Source: an uncultured virus (IMG/VR IMGVR_UViG_3300009370_000022) (lineage: Duplodnaviria; Heunggongvirae; Uroviricota; Caudoviricetes). From it: 64,000 bases of DNA. Under the pieces are notes generated by a model. That model was not told the DNA's origin, made no database searches, and was given only the letters and a program-made list of their open reading frames with translations. Location: the IMG/VR virus record IMGVR_UViG_3300009370_000022. One strand, given 5' to 3'. This document shows positions 40,489 to 50,507 of this stretch, one piece after another. Each line of letters starts with the position of its first letter. Positions within the stretch are counted from its first letter, which is position 1. Position numbers and translations under genes: made by a program.

Positions 40489-40671
40489 CTAGAACCACTT
40501 AACTTTTGATTTCTTGTCTTTTAACATTCTTCTTTGTCCACCAACTTGATCTTCTAGAGGTATTTTTTCAGACACAGTATATTCAACTCCGCCTTTTGCA
40601 TATCCATCTTTATTAGTGAATTTAGAAAAATTTACACCTTTGTAAAAAGGTTCTTTATCTTTTTTAGCCAT
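40489..40671 (-). CDS. Small basic protein
   Basis: NKDGYAKGG motif. Confidence 0.65.
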   Translation of the reverse strand: MAKKDKEPFYKGVNFSKFTNKDGYAKGGVEYTVSEKIPLEDQVGGQRRMLKDKKSKVKWF

Positions 40672-40906
40672 GTTTAATAGGTACTCCTCCCTTTAAATAT
40701 CCATCTTCATTTAAGAATTTAGATTGATCAGGTCTTTGTGTATTTAAAGCTGATCCCATTCTACCACCATGTGTTTGCACACCAACTCCTGGTGCACTTG
40801 TTTTAACTTCTTTCATAGTAGTATTTCGAGGTGCTGCATTTTTTACATGTAAGCCACCTTTTAAATAGCCATCTTTATTTAAATATTTTCCAAATGCGTT
40901 TTTCAT
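40664..40906 (-). CDS. Small basic protein with an internal repeat
   Basis: KYLNKDGYLKGG and KFLNEDGYLKGG; start moved to MKNAF (GAGG RBS). Confidence 0.65.
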   Translation of the reverse strand: MKNAFGKYLNKDGYLKGGLHVKNAAPRNTTMKEVKTSAPGVGVQTHGGRMGSALNTQRPDQSKFLNEDGYLKGGVPIKHG

Positions 40907-40907
40907 A

Positions 40908-41267
40908 TTAGCCTCTTTTCTTAGCCATCTTTTTAAAAGTTTTTGCAAGGTTATATCTTTTAGATCCTGGAGGGCAACTAGCACCACCAAATTTCTTACC
41001 AGTACAAGGTTTATCTTTTCTCATACCTTTAGTAGCTTTTTGAATCCAATTACTGTCTCCACCTTTTTTAAGGCCCACTCTTCCACCTTTGTTGTATCCT
41101 CTATTTAGTTCTCCAATAACTCTTCTCTTCTCAGCTCTTCTATTTGGATTCATTCTCTCAGCATCGATACGACCTACTTCTTCTAATAGGTTTGCTCTAC
41201 CACCAAGATTCATTAGTGCTCTTCCCGCAGTTTTAGCAGGGTTTAAAAGTATATTTCTCCAAGACAT
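40908..41267 (-). CDS. Small basic protein
   Basis: YNKGGRVGLKKGG, WIQKA, LAKTFKKM. Confidence 0.7.
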   Translation of the reverse strand: MSWRNILLNPAKTAGRALMNLGGRANLLEEVGRIDAERMNPNRRAEKRRVIGELNRGYNKGGRVGLKKGGDSNWIQKATKGMRKDKPCTGKKFGGASCPPGSKRYNLAKTFKKMAKKRG

Positions 41268-41275
41268 ATTGCTCC

Positions 41276-41524
41276 TTACTTGTTAACTTTATTTGAACGA
41301 CCAAATTTTTTCTTACGCTTTCCCCATTTTCCATAAGACTCATCTCTACGATCTTTCATAGATTGTTTCTTACCAGATTCTTTTCCAGTTCTCATTCCTA
41401 GAGATTCATCTTCTCTATCTTTGTAGCCCTGTTTTTTCTTTTTAACAGATCCACCTCTTTTCATGCCTTCTCTGTCGTAAGGGAATCTAGGTTTGTAAGG
41501 TCTTGTTCCAAAATCATCTCTCAT
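41276..41524 (-). CDS. Small basic protein
   Basis: MKRGGSV, KDREDES/KDRRDES repeat. Confidence 0.7.
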   Translation of the reverse strand: MRDDFGTRPYKPRFPYDREGMKRGGSVKKKKQGYKDREDESLGMRTGKESGKKQSMKDRRDESYGKWGKRKKKFGRSNKVNK

Positions 41525-41550
41525 AATTTTTCTCCTAATTAATTGTTATA

Positions 41551-44052
41551 CTATTCTCGAGGACCTTTCAAGGTTTTTACGTCTTTTCTTTTCATCACAT
41601 CAGAACGCATTTTAGCTTGATTAGACATCTCTTGTTTAACTAATGAAGTTTCAGCTCTAAGATTAGCTAAGTCCTCATTTTGCTCCATTTTTTCTTCTTG
41701 AAGCTCTCTATTTTGGACTAGTTTAGCTTTATCTAAGTTTACTCTTTCAGTAGTTTCGGTTTGTTTCCTATAGTTCTCCATAGCTTTAAGATCTAACTCT
41801 TGAGCTTTAAGTTTAACTAAAGGGTCACTATCTAACATGGAAGTAATCTCTTTTTCTTGCTTCATAAACTCTTCGGTAAATTCTGCAATTAAAACAGCTT
41901 TTCGTGCTTCCATCATTAAATTCAGTTGTTGAACTTTTTGTTGAAGTTCCGGCCCTTGTGCGCCTTGAGCTTGTAGTTGTTGTACTTCCATAATCTGGCT
42001 CGCAAATTCTAATTCAATATGCTCTTGTGCCATCAAGGATATATGTTCCATAATATTTTTTTCTAGAGCAGCCATAATAGGTGGATTATTTCTAGCAAAG
42101 TTAGTAGCCATAAAATTCATATGAGCTGTAATATGTGCTCTATGATCTTGGTTTCTATAAGCTTGAAAAGGTTTCATAGCCATCGCATCAATGTGTTCTA
42201 ATGCAGGATCTTTTGGAACCGGTGGTTGTGGAGGGGGTAATACTTGATCAATATTTTTAATTCCTAAAGCTTCGTACATTTTTCTATAAGATTCATACAT
42301 ATTATGCATTTGTGGATTAGACATAGATAATTGTAATTGAGTTTGTGCTAATTGAATTCTTTGAGTCATTGAAAAAATATTAGGATCCGCTACAGGAACA
42401 ATATCTATTCTGTCATCAAAATCCATTTGCTTAATTAATCTATTTCCCCCTACAACATCATAAGGATATTCTGGTGGTAAATATTGAGAAAATATATTTG
42501 CTAATAGTTTAAATTCCTCTTTTAAAGAATTATAAATTCTTTTGTGAATTGCGCTCATCACTCTTGAGCCTCTTTCTAATAATGCAACTGTCGTCCCGAC
42601 CGCTGCTCCTTGAGCTTTAGCATCTCCTACTTGGTTATCAGCAATTGAAGCAAATCTTTGACCCGCTTCAACAACAATTCCCATCAATTGTAATAATGTT
42701 GGTGAAGGTTCTTTATAAGGAAGATTAAAAAATGCATCTCTTAAACTTCCTCCTGGTGCATCAACGTCTCTCCATTCTCCTGGTTGTAAAGGTTGTGCAT
42801 CATCTCTAACTCTTACTCCTCTCTGTTTAAATCCAGATGGTAAATTAGCTAAAGTACCTGCATCTAGTAATTGGCGGAGAGCTACTGTTGCAGTTCTGCT
42901 CAATCCGCCAATCATATGAATAAGTCCAAATCCGTAGAAACCTAGTCCTGGTAGAAATTTAAAATGGACAAAGTATTGGACTTTCTTCTTCAGAGGATCG
43001 TTTGGTTGATAATTTCGTCTGATAGACAAAATTTTACGACCCCCAGCTTCCATCGTTACGATGTAAGGCAGTTTAATTCCTGTAGGCTCTCCTGTTTCAG
43101 GATCTACATCTTCAAAACCTTCCAGGTCTAAATTCACATGACATTCTAAAATTGTATAACTTTGATCACTCCGATTCATTGTTTTAGTAGTTCCTTCTAA
43201 TTTTCTTTCTTCCTCGTGAACTCTATCTTGCGTATAGGCTGGTGATCCTAATTCTATATCTCTATAGAATCCGGATACCTGTGCCTTACGTACGTCGTTC
43301 TCCGACATATACATACGTTGAATAACCGCTTCCGCATCTTCTAATGAGGTAGCAGAATACGGAACAATTAAATCATCCGCCTGTACAAATTTTGAAACTG
43401 CTCTTCCAACCATTTCATCATAATAAACTTTTTTAAATGATGAACCGGCTAGAGGTAAATAAAATAACATTTGATCAAACTCTGCATCATATTCTTTCAT
43501 TTCTTGTGTCAATTGATAATTCATATAATCTTTAACACGCATTGCTTGATCTTCTTTTTCTCTATTAGATGCTCCTAAAATTTGAGTTCTAACAGGACCA
43601 TTCGCTGGTAATAATTCTTTGTAAGCTGTAGCTTGAAACTGTGTTACTGCTTCAGCTAAAACTGGGTGTGTTGCACCTGAAGCTCCTTGGAATGGTTGAG
43701 ATCTTTGAGTATATTTAAATCCTAATAAATCTAAACCAGTTGTATAAGCTTGCTCCCATTCTCTTCGTGAAGCTCTGTAATCTTCGTATTGTTGATAAAG
43801 TTCTGAAGCTAATCTTCCTGTAATTTCATCACCAACTAATTCTGCTATGTTTGTAAAATGATCTTCTCCACCAGATGGTGAAACTTTTCCTGGTTCAAAA
43901 TCAATCTCGACTGAACCATCTTCATTTTCCTGAACGTCTACTCCAGGATCCATTTTATTCTGTTGATTAAGAACTTCTATTTCTAAATCTTCTTCTGGAT
44001 TAACTGTTACCTTTTCCCGATTATTAGGGAGCGCTTTGTCTATTTCTGCCAT
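41551..44052 (-). CDS. Portal protein
   Basis: 833 aa; HPVLAEAV, GSSFKKVYYD, GLGFYGFGLIH, VGTTVALLE; lies between TerL and the head genes. Confidence 0.9.
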   Translation of the reverse strand: MAEIDKALPNNREKVTVNPEEDLEIEVLNQQNKMDPGVDVQENEDGSVEIDFEPGKVSPSGGEDHFTNIAELVGDEITGRLASELYQQYEDYRASRREWEQAYTTGLDLLGFKYTQRSQPFQGASGATHPVLAEAVTQFQATAYKELLPANGPVRTQILGASNREKEDQAMRVKDYMNYQLTQEMKEYDAEFDQMLFYLPLAGSSFKKVYYDEMVGRAVSKFVQADDLIVPYSATSLEDAEAVIQRMYMSENDVRKAQVSGFYRDIELGSPAYTQDRVHEEERKLEGTTKTMNRSDQSYTILECHVNLDLEGFEDVDPETGEPTGIKLPYIVTMEAGGRKILSIRRNYQPNDPLKKKVQYFVHFKFLPGLGFYGFGLIHMIGGLSRTATVALRQLLDAGTLANLPSGFKQRGVRVRDDAQPLQPGEWRDVDAPGGSLRDAFFNLPYKEPSPTLLQLMGIVVEAGQRFASIADNQVGDAKAQGAAVGTTVALLERGSRVMSAIHKRIYNSLKEEFKLLANIFSQYLPPEYPYDVVGGNRLIKQMDFDDRIDIVPVADPNIFSMTQRIQLAQTQLQLSMSNPQMHNMYESYRKMYEALGIKNIDQVLPPPQPPVPKDPALEHIDAMAMKPFQAYRNQDHRAHITAHMNFMATNFARNNPPIMAALEKNIMEHISLMAQEHIELEFASQIMEVQQLQAQGAQGPELQQKVQQLNLMMEARKAVLIAEFTEEFMKQEKEITSMLDSDPLVKLKAQELDLKAMENYRKQTETTERVNLDKAKLVQNRELQEEKMEQNEDLANLRAETSLVKQEMSNQAKMRSDVMKRKDVKTLKGPRE

Positions 44053-44064
44053 ATAATTCCTACG

Positions 44065-47000
44065 TTAACCTACTCTAACTTGTTTTATATCAGAAGGCAA
44101 CCCCATGATTCCTTGCGGATTAGGCCCTGCTAATGGAGGTACTAAAGATTGTCTCCTTGCAATATCCCCTGTTTCAACTGTTCCACCACCAGCCTTTTTT
44201 TGCCAGGTATCTTTAGGAACCCATTCAGGGACCTCTCCTCCCACAACCTCTGCACCTTTTTCTCCTGACCATCCTTCAGGAGTCATATGTCCTTCAGGGT
44301 CAGGTAGAAGAGCTGCTTCTCCTTCGACGTCTTTAAAAATTTTCTTTTTAAAAGCTTCATCAACATCCGGTGCATCTGTAGTCTCGATAATAGAACCATC
44401 TTTAGCTACCATCTTTTTGTTACCTGTTAAATTTTCTAACGCTGCAACGACCTCATCTCCTTCTTCAAAAATATCTTTATAGTCAAACTCATCTCGCATT
44501 GGCGTAGACTGATCAGGATTGCCATAAGTAAATTCTGGTTCTTCGACTTTAACCCGCTGGTATTCCCAGGCCCCAGGATGTTCGGGATCTGCACCAAATT
44601 TCTGGAAACCCGTTTCTCCCGGTTTAAAGTTAATCCGTCTTGTCATATCACCATCAAAATCGTCCACGCTCCAAGAAATATCAATTTCTCCACTTATTGG
44701 ATTTTCTTCCAGTAGGACTTTTTTATTTACCATTTCAAAACCTGATTGTTTTTGCTGACCAGCTACCATGTCGAATTTAGGAACTTTAGTTGAAAGAATC
44801 ATTTCATAAATATCTCCATTCACATAATCTTTATCCGCCATCTGGATTAACTTCCCATGAGTTTTAATCTTAGCCACCGCTCTCGGGAACCACGCCGGCA
44901 TACCGTCTACTCCTACAAATTTTTTAGGGGCTTGTTTCACCGCTTGCTCTATTCCTTTTTTAGCACCTGTTTTAAATAATCCCGAAGCTCCGCCCGCGAT
45001 CCCCGCTGCAAGGCCCGCTAACCATTTTAAAAATCCTCTTCTATCCATTCCGCCACCAAACTTCATGCCCACACGTCCACCTTCATTAAAGAAATCAAAA
45101 TCATCAGCTCTATCTAAAGCTCTAACGTCTTTTCTCTTATCTTGGAATAAATCAATTTGTTCTTCCAGTCCTGAAAGAACTTGTCTTTGTTGAGTAGGAT
45201 CTAAAGTTTGTCCTCTTAATGTCATTTCGTCATCACCCCATAATCTATTACCTAAACCAAATGGTAAACTTCCTTGTTTAATAAGCGACATATAATTTTC
45301 TGCATCTTCTTCTGAAATTTTTCCTCTAGCTCTCATTGAATCTACAATGGCTTTTCCATCTCGGTAATCTTTGTATTGAGCATAACCAAAACTTAAAGCT
45401 CCTAGACCTAATGTTAAGGGTGCTGAAACTAAACCGGCTGCAACTGTAGCCGGTAAAAGAGCAGCTGCTCCTACTCCTATGGCAGCTCTCTTAGCTAATG
45501 CACCTAATCCTTTTTTAGCTACTTGTTTGGCCCCAGGAGAACCAATAATTGCTTCTGTAAGTTTTTTAGTTGCAGGTTTTAATCTTTTTTGAAATGCTAA
45601 ATCTGTTCCTGTAGCTGCGGGCGACATCATAGCTGTTCTCATAGCGCCTGGTAAATTTTTCCAACCTTGTACACTCTTTAAATTTTTAAGAGTGGTCATG
45701 TCTAATCCTCTTAGATTATGTTGTTTCAACATATTAGCATAATAAGCTTCTGCTGCTTTTAAACTTTCAGGACCTCTAATTCCTAAAGCCCATAATGCAT
45801 TCAATGGATCCGTGATCATTTCTCCAGCTTCCATTCCTTGTTTCCATTGCCACATTTTTTCTGGAATCATCATGGCTGGAATCATGGCCGTCCAACTTGT
45901 TAAATATCTTCCTCCTGGTAATCCTGCTTTAGCTAATGCTTGTCCTGCTCCTAACATAACGGGTAAAGCTGCAAATCCTGACTTAACTGGATTGTCTGCA
46001 ATCCAGTTTAATATTCCTTCTTGAGTTTCTGGATCTCCTGTTTCTGTGTTTACAAATTCACCCGTTGTTGAATTATATTTCATCGACTGGTCCGTGATCC
46101 CTGTTTCGTCAGCCTCCGCATCTCCCATCAGGGCTGCCGTACCAAGGCCCACGGCTCCCGCTCCTGCGACCAGGGCTCCAAGTCTTCCGCCTTTAGGGAT
46201 CTTGGATAAAAGTTGTCTAGCTATAGTTCTGAATTTTGTATTTTCACCTGGTTTAACTTTTGAGTTAGCAGCTTCTTGTATTAGTTGATCAGGGTTTTCT
46301 TGTAATGCTTGTTGCACCTGCTTAGCACATCCAGGTCCTTGAGGGCCTCCAGCTGCTTCTCCTACTCTAATATTTTTAACAGATGAAAGATTACAAATTG
46401 GACCTCCAGCTTGTCCTTGAGCAATAAAGTCTCTTATGTTATCTTCTATTTTAAACATTGCAGGATCATTTAATTTTCTAAATGATGCGGGAAGAATACT
46501 TGCTTTTGGTCTAACAGCTTCACTTCCCTCTAACATAATTCTACTTACTTCTGCAAGATTAGTATCGGTGGAAGCTGCTACAATATTTTTTCTAAGATCT
46601 AAATTATCAGCTAATTCGTTTATTAAATTTTTATTTTTATCTAAAATATTAGTTGCTCCAAAATCAACAATTTTAGTGACTCCAATTTTTTTACCACCCG
46701 GTTGAACTCTAATTTTACCCAAACTAGATTTATCCCCGGTCATCGTTTTCCAAATACCTTCCAATTGTTCTTGATTAGTTAAATATTTTTTATAAGTAGA
46801 CATGTCATTATTAGAAATAGCTTCTTGCATTCTTCTTAAATTTAATTGGGATCTTCGATCAAAAGTAGATTTAATAGCATTAATATCTTTCATCATAGGA
46901 GTAACCGCTAAAAATTGAGTTAAATTCCCATTTTTAATAGCTCGATAGGAAGCTGCATGATCTAAGTTAATCCACTTACTATCTATTCCATTATTTTCCA

Positions 47001-48033
47001 TGGCTGCTTTAAACATGTTGAACTCTCTTAATTTCTTGAGAGCTGCTTTTCTTTCAGGAGAACCATCTTGCGTGGAAGCTAAAATACTTTGAAGAATAGT
47101 TCGTTGATATGTTTTTTCTAAAGACTCAGATTCATAAACTTTTTGTCTAACTTTTTCTAATTCTTTATCACTATATTGTTTTAAAAATAAAGGTTGATCT
47201 GCTCTATTAGTTTTAGCAAGATTTCTCATCAACTTATTCATGTTGCCTTTAAGACGACCTGAATTAAATTCAAGTTTCTTCATTAAGGAATCAAAATCAT
47301 TATCGCCTGCTAAGATAGCTTTAAATAATCTGTTTTGATTTTTAGTGTATTTTAAGCCACTAGTATATCCAGTGAATTTAGCTCGTTGCTTTTCATTCAG
47401 TAAAGAAGTTTTTCCTTTATCAGTTCTTTGATACATAGTTTTGGCCTCTTCATTACCACCAAAAACCTTATCTAACCCTTTTCCTTCTTCTAAATTAATA
47501 GTTGGATTTTCTTTAACGATTCTATCGATTACAGCCCTATTTAAATCTGTTGGAGAAAAAGGATCTCCCTCTGCTGCTAATCTATTGAATTCATCTAAAA
47601 AAATAGGGTTATAACTCTCATGTAAAATTATTTTTTGGGCTTTGTTTAAAGGGGTAGTCTGTTTTTTAATATTTTCTAATTCATAAGACTTATTCTCAAT
47701 TAATTGATTTTTTATTCTTTGTTTTTCTTCTTTGAGTTTTATTTTTTCCTTAATCTTATCTAATCTTTTTTGTTCTTTTACCTCTTTTTTATTTTGTATA
47801 ATTCTTAATTTTTGTTCTTTTTCTTTTTTCTTACGTAGTCTTGCTTTTTCTCTTCTTGCCGGTCCATATTTTTTTTCATATTCTCTGGCTTTTTTAGATT
47901 CATTCTTTTTTCTTATCCCAGCAATCCACTCTTTGCTTCCTATATAATGAGTTTGAGTATCTCTTGGACCTATATACGTGCTATAAGTACCAGAGTTTTT
48001 GCCAGTGCCTTTTATGGTTTGTTTAATGGCCAT
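44065..48033 (-). CDS. Large multi-domain protein (HNH-like segment, TM segments, internal Tat-like signal)
   Basis: LDH...N..K, hydrophobic helices, FNEGGRVGMKFGGGMDRRGFLK. Confidence 0.7.
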   Translation of the reverse strand: MAIKQTIKGTGKNSGTYSTYIGPRDTQTHYIGSKEWIAGIRKKNESKKAREYEKKYGPARREKARLRKKKEKEQKLRIIQNKKEVKEQKRLDKIKEKIKLKEEKQRIKNQLIENKSYELENIKKQTTPLNKAQKIILHESYNPIFLDEFNRLAAEGDPFSPTDLNRAVIDRIVKENPTINLEEGKGLDKVFGGNEEAKTMYQRTDKGKTSLLNEKQRAKFTGYTSGLKYTKNQNRLFKAILAGDNDFDSLMKKLEFNSGRLKGNMNKLMRNLAKTNRADQPLFLKQYSDKELEKVRQKVYESESLEKTYQRTILQSILASTQDGSPERKAALKKLREFNMFKAAMENNGIDSKWINLDHAASYRAIKNGNLTQFLAVTPMMKDINAIKSTFDRRSQLNLRRMQEAISNNDMSTYKKYLTNQEQLEGIWKTMTGDKSSLGKIRVQPGGKKIGVTKIVDFGATNILDKNKNLINELADNLDLRKNIVAASTDTNLAEVSRIMLEGSEAVRPKASILPASFRKLNDPAMFKIEDNIRDFIAQGQAGGPICNLSSVKNIRVGEAAGGPQGPGCAKQVQQALQENPDQLIQEAANSKVKPGENTKFRTIARQLLSKIPKGGRLGALVAGAGAVGLGTAALMGDAEADETGITDQSMKYNSTTGEFVNTETGDPETQEGILNWIADNPVKSGFAALPVMLGAGQALAKAGLPGGRYLTSWTAMIPAMMIPEKMWQWKQGMEAGEMITDPLNALWALGIRGPESLKAAEAYYANMLKQHNLRGLDMTTLKNLKSVQGWKNLPGAMRTAMMSPAATGTDLAFQKRLKPATKKLTEAIIGSPGAKQVAKKGLGALAKRAAIGVGAAALLPATVAAGLVSAPLTLGLGALSFGYAQYKDYRDGKAIVDSMRARGKISEEDAENYMSLIKQGSLPFGLGNRLWGDDEMTLRGQTLDPTQQRQVLSGLEEQIDLFQDKRKDVRALDRADDFDFFNEGGRVGMKFGGGMDRRGFLKWLAGLAAGIAGGASGLFKTGAKKGIEQAVKQAPKKFVGVDGMPAWFPRAVAKIKTHGKLIQMADKDYVNGDIYEMILSTKVPKFDMVAGQQKQSGFEMVNKKVLLEENPISGEIDISWSVDDFDGDMTRRINFKPGETGFQKFGADPEHPGAWEYQRVKVEEPEFTYGNPDQSTPMRDEFDYKDIFEEGDEVVAALENLTGNKKMVAKDGSIIETTDAPDVDEAFKKKIFKDVEGEAALLPDPEGHMTPEGWSGEKGAEVVGGEVPEWVPKDTWQKKAGGGTVETGDIARRQSLVPPLAGPNPQGIMGLPSDIKQVRVG

Positions 48034-50507
48034 TAAACCCCCCTAAACATGGAGCCTACACCACCGCCTGCTGCGTTTTTAGTTCTTGGTGTTTTTTGAA
48101 ATGTTTGTATAATCTCTTCAGGACCCATTCCTTTTTCTTGCATCTTTAATGCTTCCCTCATTGTTGCTTTAACTTCTGCAATTCTTTGAGGATTCTTATC
48201 TGCTAAAATATTATTAATTAAATCATCCGTAATTCCTGGGAATTCCATTTGTAACTGATATCTTTCTGCAGATTGAGGTAAACCTAAATCTTTAAGTTGT
48301 GAAATTTCTTTTTTAATTCCACTTAATTCATCTTTAACAATAGGAGAATCGGCTTTTCTAATATAATTATTAATATCTAAAAATTGATCTGGCATACCTC
48401 TTTGAATTCTTAAAAAATCAAACATTGCAACATTACCCCCTAGTTCTTCAGTAATATCTAAAGCCACTAATCTATTTTTAACTCCCTGTCTGATTTGTCT
48501 CATATCTTCCCAATTAGGATGACGTCTTGATGGAAGGGGACCTAATTTTTTTAAAGTATCTTTTGCTTTAGCTCTTTCAAGCGCAATCCAATTTGATGGA
48601 ACTTTCTTACCTAAATAATCTACCGCATCTGGTCTAAAAAATTTTTCTTGTAATAACCATGTTGTATGATCTGTTGATTCGGGGTCCAAGAAGTGTTTAT
48701 TTTTAGTTGGAGTTGCAATAGGCCCCATCACTTTAGCTTCAGCTGCGGTCATTAAATCTTGGGTATCTAATTTCATATTAAAATCTTCAAATAGTTTTCT
48801 AGTTGCTTCATCTTCAACTGCTGTTTCAGGTCGGTCTATATCTGCAGCTTTTTTCAAGGTTCCTTCTCCAAATTTATCGTCTACTTTTTTAATTAAACTT
48901 TGAATTCCTTTTTTTCCGGAACCTTTCCACATTCCTACTCTTCCACCTTCAGCTAATCCAAACATTTCCAATTTCTTTTTCAGAGTCTCCCACCAATCTG
49001 TTGTAGCTTTTTGTCTAGTTGATTTATCTAATAAAATATCACCTGGTCCAACAAAAGGGTTCTTTTCAAAATTTCTTTCAAGACCTTCTTGAACCTCCCA
49101 TGGCTCAAGTTCTATTTTTTTAATCTTAGGTATTCCAGAGGTAGAAGCATAAGCTCTGGCTATGTCTTTATCAGGCGAAAAAAATCCTCCTTTTAAGTCT
49201 TCGTCAAAAGTAGATTCTTTCATATATTTACCCCATCCTGCATCCGTTTGATCTTTTATCAATTGGTCATGAGTTTTTTTCCACTCAGGATCGTCTTTAA
49301 ACTCCCCCAAATGACCTTCACTTTTATCACCTCTATAATACGTCTTTTTAGGACGTTTATTCCATTCATCGATTTGATAAGCTAAAGATCTTTTATTCGC
49401 AAGAATTCTATTCTCATTAATCTTAGCACCACTCATTTCATCCGCTGTTGTTATAAAATCGTCAAGAATTTCTTTTTCAAAAATTTTACCTTCATCATCA
49501 AGATCCCTTACTTTTTTAAACATACTTTCTAAACCTTTTTTTTCACTTAAATTTTTATTAGCCCAATCTTTAATTTTATGGACTAAATTTTTAGTAGCGT
49601 CTTTAGATCCATATTTTAATCCCACTCTTCCACCTTGATTAAATGGAATATCGTCGTCATCAGGTAATTTTGGTTTAATTTCTTCTGCCTCTGTTAGAAC
49701 ATATCTCCCATCTCCAACATCTGCTTGATTTAAAGGTTTTAAAAACTGATCATCAACATTTTCTCTTAATAATTGTTCATAATGTTTGTAGCTTTCACCT
49801 TTTTCGAAAACCGTTACAATATCTTCAACGTTTTTAATTGCATCATCTCCATAAAGTCTTTGAAACACTAAAATAGGATCGTGTTCAATCATTGGCGAAT
49901 ATTTCAGAACTCTTTCTTTATCTAAGTCGTTTAATTTCAATCTTCCGTTTTTAAACTCGGTTTGAAGGAATTCTCTAAGTGCTGTTCTCATATTTCCTTC
50001 GGCATACATGCTACCACCAAAAGATTTGTTATCTGGAACTTTAAACGGGTCTCCTCCATGTCCAGCGGTTAATAAAGCCTTCTCCAGTTCTTTTTCTGCA
50101 AAAGTTTTAGCTTCATCAGTTGATGTTTTTAAATTTTTGGCAGCATCTTCTAAATCTGTCATAGCTTTCATCATAGAACCCACTCCTTGAGTGTCTACAC
50201 CTCCTCCACCAATACTTTTGTAAGTATTAAGATTATTTAAAAAATTTACCGTCTCTGCATCATTAGCATTCATGATGAATTTTGCTTCATTAGCAAAAGC
50301 ATCTAATGCATCACCCATAGTTTTATTTTGAGAACGCATTGCCTCTAACATGTTGGGCTTAAATGGATTAATGTCCTTACCGCTAGTAATTCTTTGAATA
50401 TTAGTACCTCTACCCATGATATCACTTGCTTTGATACCAATTCCTTCTAAAGCTTCTAAAACTTTTTTCTTTAGGATCTCAGATGTGACTCCAGGTATTT
50501 TTGGCAT
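48033..50507 (-). CDS. Multi-domain protein with an ART-like module
   Basis: YYRG...GFFSPDKDIARAYA between two GGRVG motifs. Confidence 0.7.
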   Translation of the reverse strand: MPKIPGVTSEILKKKVLEALEGIGIKASDIMGRGTNIQRITSGKDINPFKPNMLEAMRSQNKTMGDALDAFANEAKFIMNANDAETVNFLNNLNTYKSIGGGGVDTQGVGSMMKAMTDLEDAAKNLKTSTDEAKTFAEKELEKALLTAGHGGDPFKVPDNKSFGGSMYAEGNMRTALREFLQTEFKNGRLKLNDLDKERVLKYSPMIEHDPILVFQRLYGDDAIKNVEDIVTVFEKGESYKHYEQLLRENVDDQFLKPLNQADVGDGRYVLTEAEEIKPKLPDDDDIPFNQGGRVGLKYGSKDATKNLVHKIKDWANKNLSEKKGLESMFKKVRDLDDEGKIFEKEILDDFITTADEMSGAKINENRILANKRSLAYQIDEWNKRPKKTYYRGDKSEGHLGEFKDDPEWKKTHDQLIKDQTDAGWGKYMKESTFDEDLKGGFFSPDKDIARAYASTSGIPKIKKIELEPWEVQEGLERNFEKNPFVGPGDILLDKSTRQKATTDWWETLKKKLEMFGLAEGGRVGMWKGSGKKGIQSLIKKVDDKFGEGTLKKAADIDRPETAVEDEATRKLFEDFNMKLDTQDLMTAAEAKVMGPIATPTKNKHFLDPESTDHTTWLLQEKFFRPDAVDYLGKKVPSNWIALERAKAKDTLKKLGPLPSRRHPNWEDMRQIRQGVKNRLVALDITEELGGNVAMFDFLRIQRGMPDQFLDINNYIRKADSPIVKDELSGIKKEISQLKDLGLPQSAERYQLQMEFPGITDDLINNILADKNPQRIAEVKATMREALKMQEKGMGPEEIIQTFQKTPRTKNAAGGGVGSMFRGV

